Positions 36,573-36,645 of a stretch of DNA of 36,645 nucleotides are shown here, piece after piece. The position numbers and the translations under genes were made by a program. The notes beneath the pieces were generated by a model. It saw only the letters and a list, made by a program, of their open reading frames with translations, was not told the origin of the DNA and did not search any database. The number at the start of each line of letters is the position of its first letter. The first letter of the stretch is position 1. This DNA comes from Candidatus Helarchaeota archaeon. GTDB lineage: Archaea > Asgardarchaeota > Lokiarchaeia > Helarchaeales > RDOG01. The stretch is from contig JALGVI010000023.1 of the NCBI GenBank assembly GCA_029838215.1, forward strand, positions 1 to 36,645, given 5' to 3'.

Positions 36573-36645
36573 GACTTTTTCATTTTACTTAATCTTTCTC
36601 GAGACTTAAGCTTTTTTAAAGATTTTTTTTCGGATTAATTCGTGA

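Noticed and set aside
36606-36645. Possible 3' end of a minus-strand gene (...HELIRKKIFKKA-stop)
   Set aside because: Only 12 codons are visible, which is not enough to support a call.
1-36645. CRISPR arrays, IS elements, rRNA, long tandem repeats
   Set aside because: No regularly spaced direct repeats, transposase motifs or long GC-rich RNA genes were seen; coding density is high throughout.

Overview
AT-rich archaeal core-genome window, most likely from an Asgard archaeon. That lineage call is an inference from a longin-small GTPase fusion, a roadblock-like protein, a Urm1/SAMP-like modifier and TACK/Asgard-style information genes. It holds about 30 CDS and two tRNAs. Replication/repair genes: cdc6/orc1, rfcS, mcm, hel308, a Gins23-type GINS subunit and an orphan beta-class DNA methyltransferase. 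tRNA-related genes: rnz (missed by the ORF track because it runs off the left edge), trm11, trm56, intron-containing tRNA-Ser(CGA) and tRNA-Glu(CTC). Metabolism/transport: prs, PAP2, HAD, two DRE-TIM synthases and a SERCA-like P-type ATPase. No CRISPR array, transposase, integrase or intein was seen. The best candidate for an undescribed system is a three-gene minus-strand unit (32869-27455): a 4-Cys metal-binding protein, then a TrmB-family protein whose wHTH and C-terminal domains are separated by about 1,070 aa of amphipathic helix, then Gins23. Other leads are a roadblock / longin-GTPase pair, a PIN-helical-repeat protein, a ubiquitin-like protein with a masked GG-AT C-terminus, a Re-citrate-synthase-like enzyme, an AksA-like paralog lacking the conserved AED glutamate, a Hel308 with no canonical start codon, and a hairpin cluster upstream of the ATPase. 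All family calls come from motif recognition by eye; no database searches were run.
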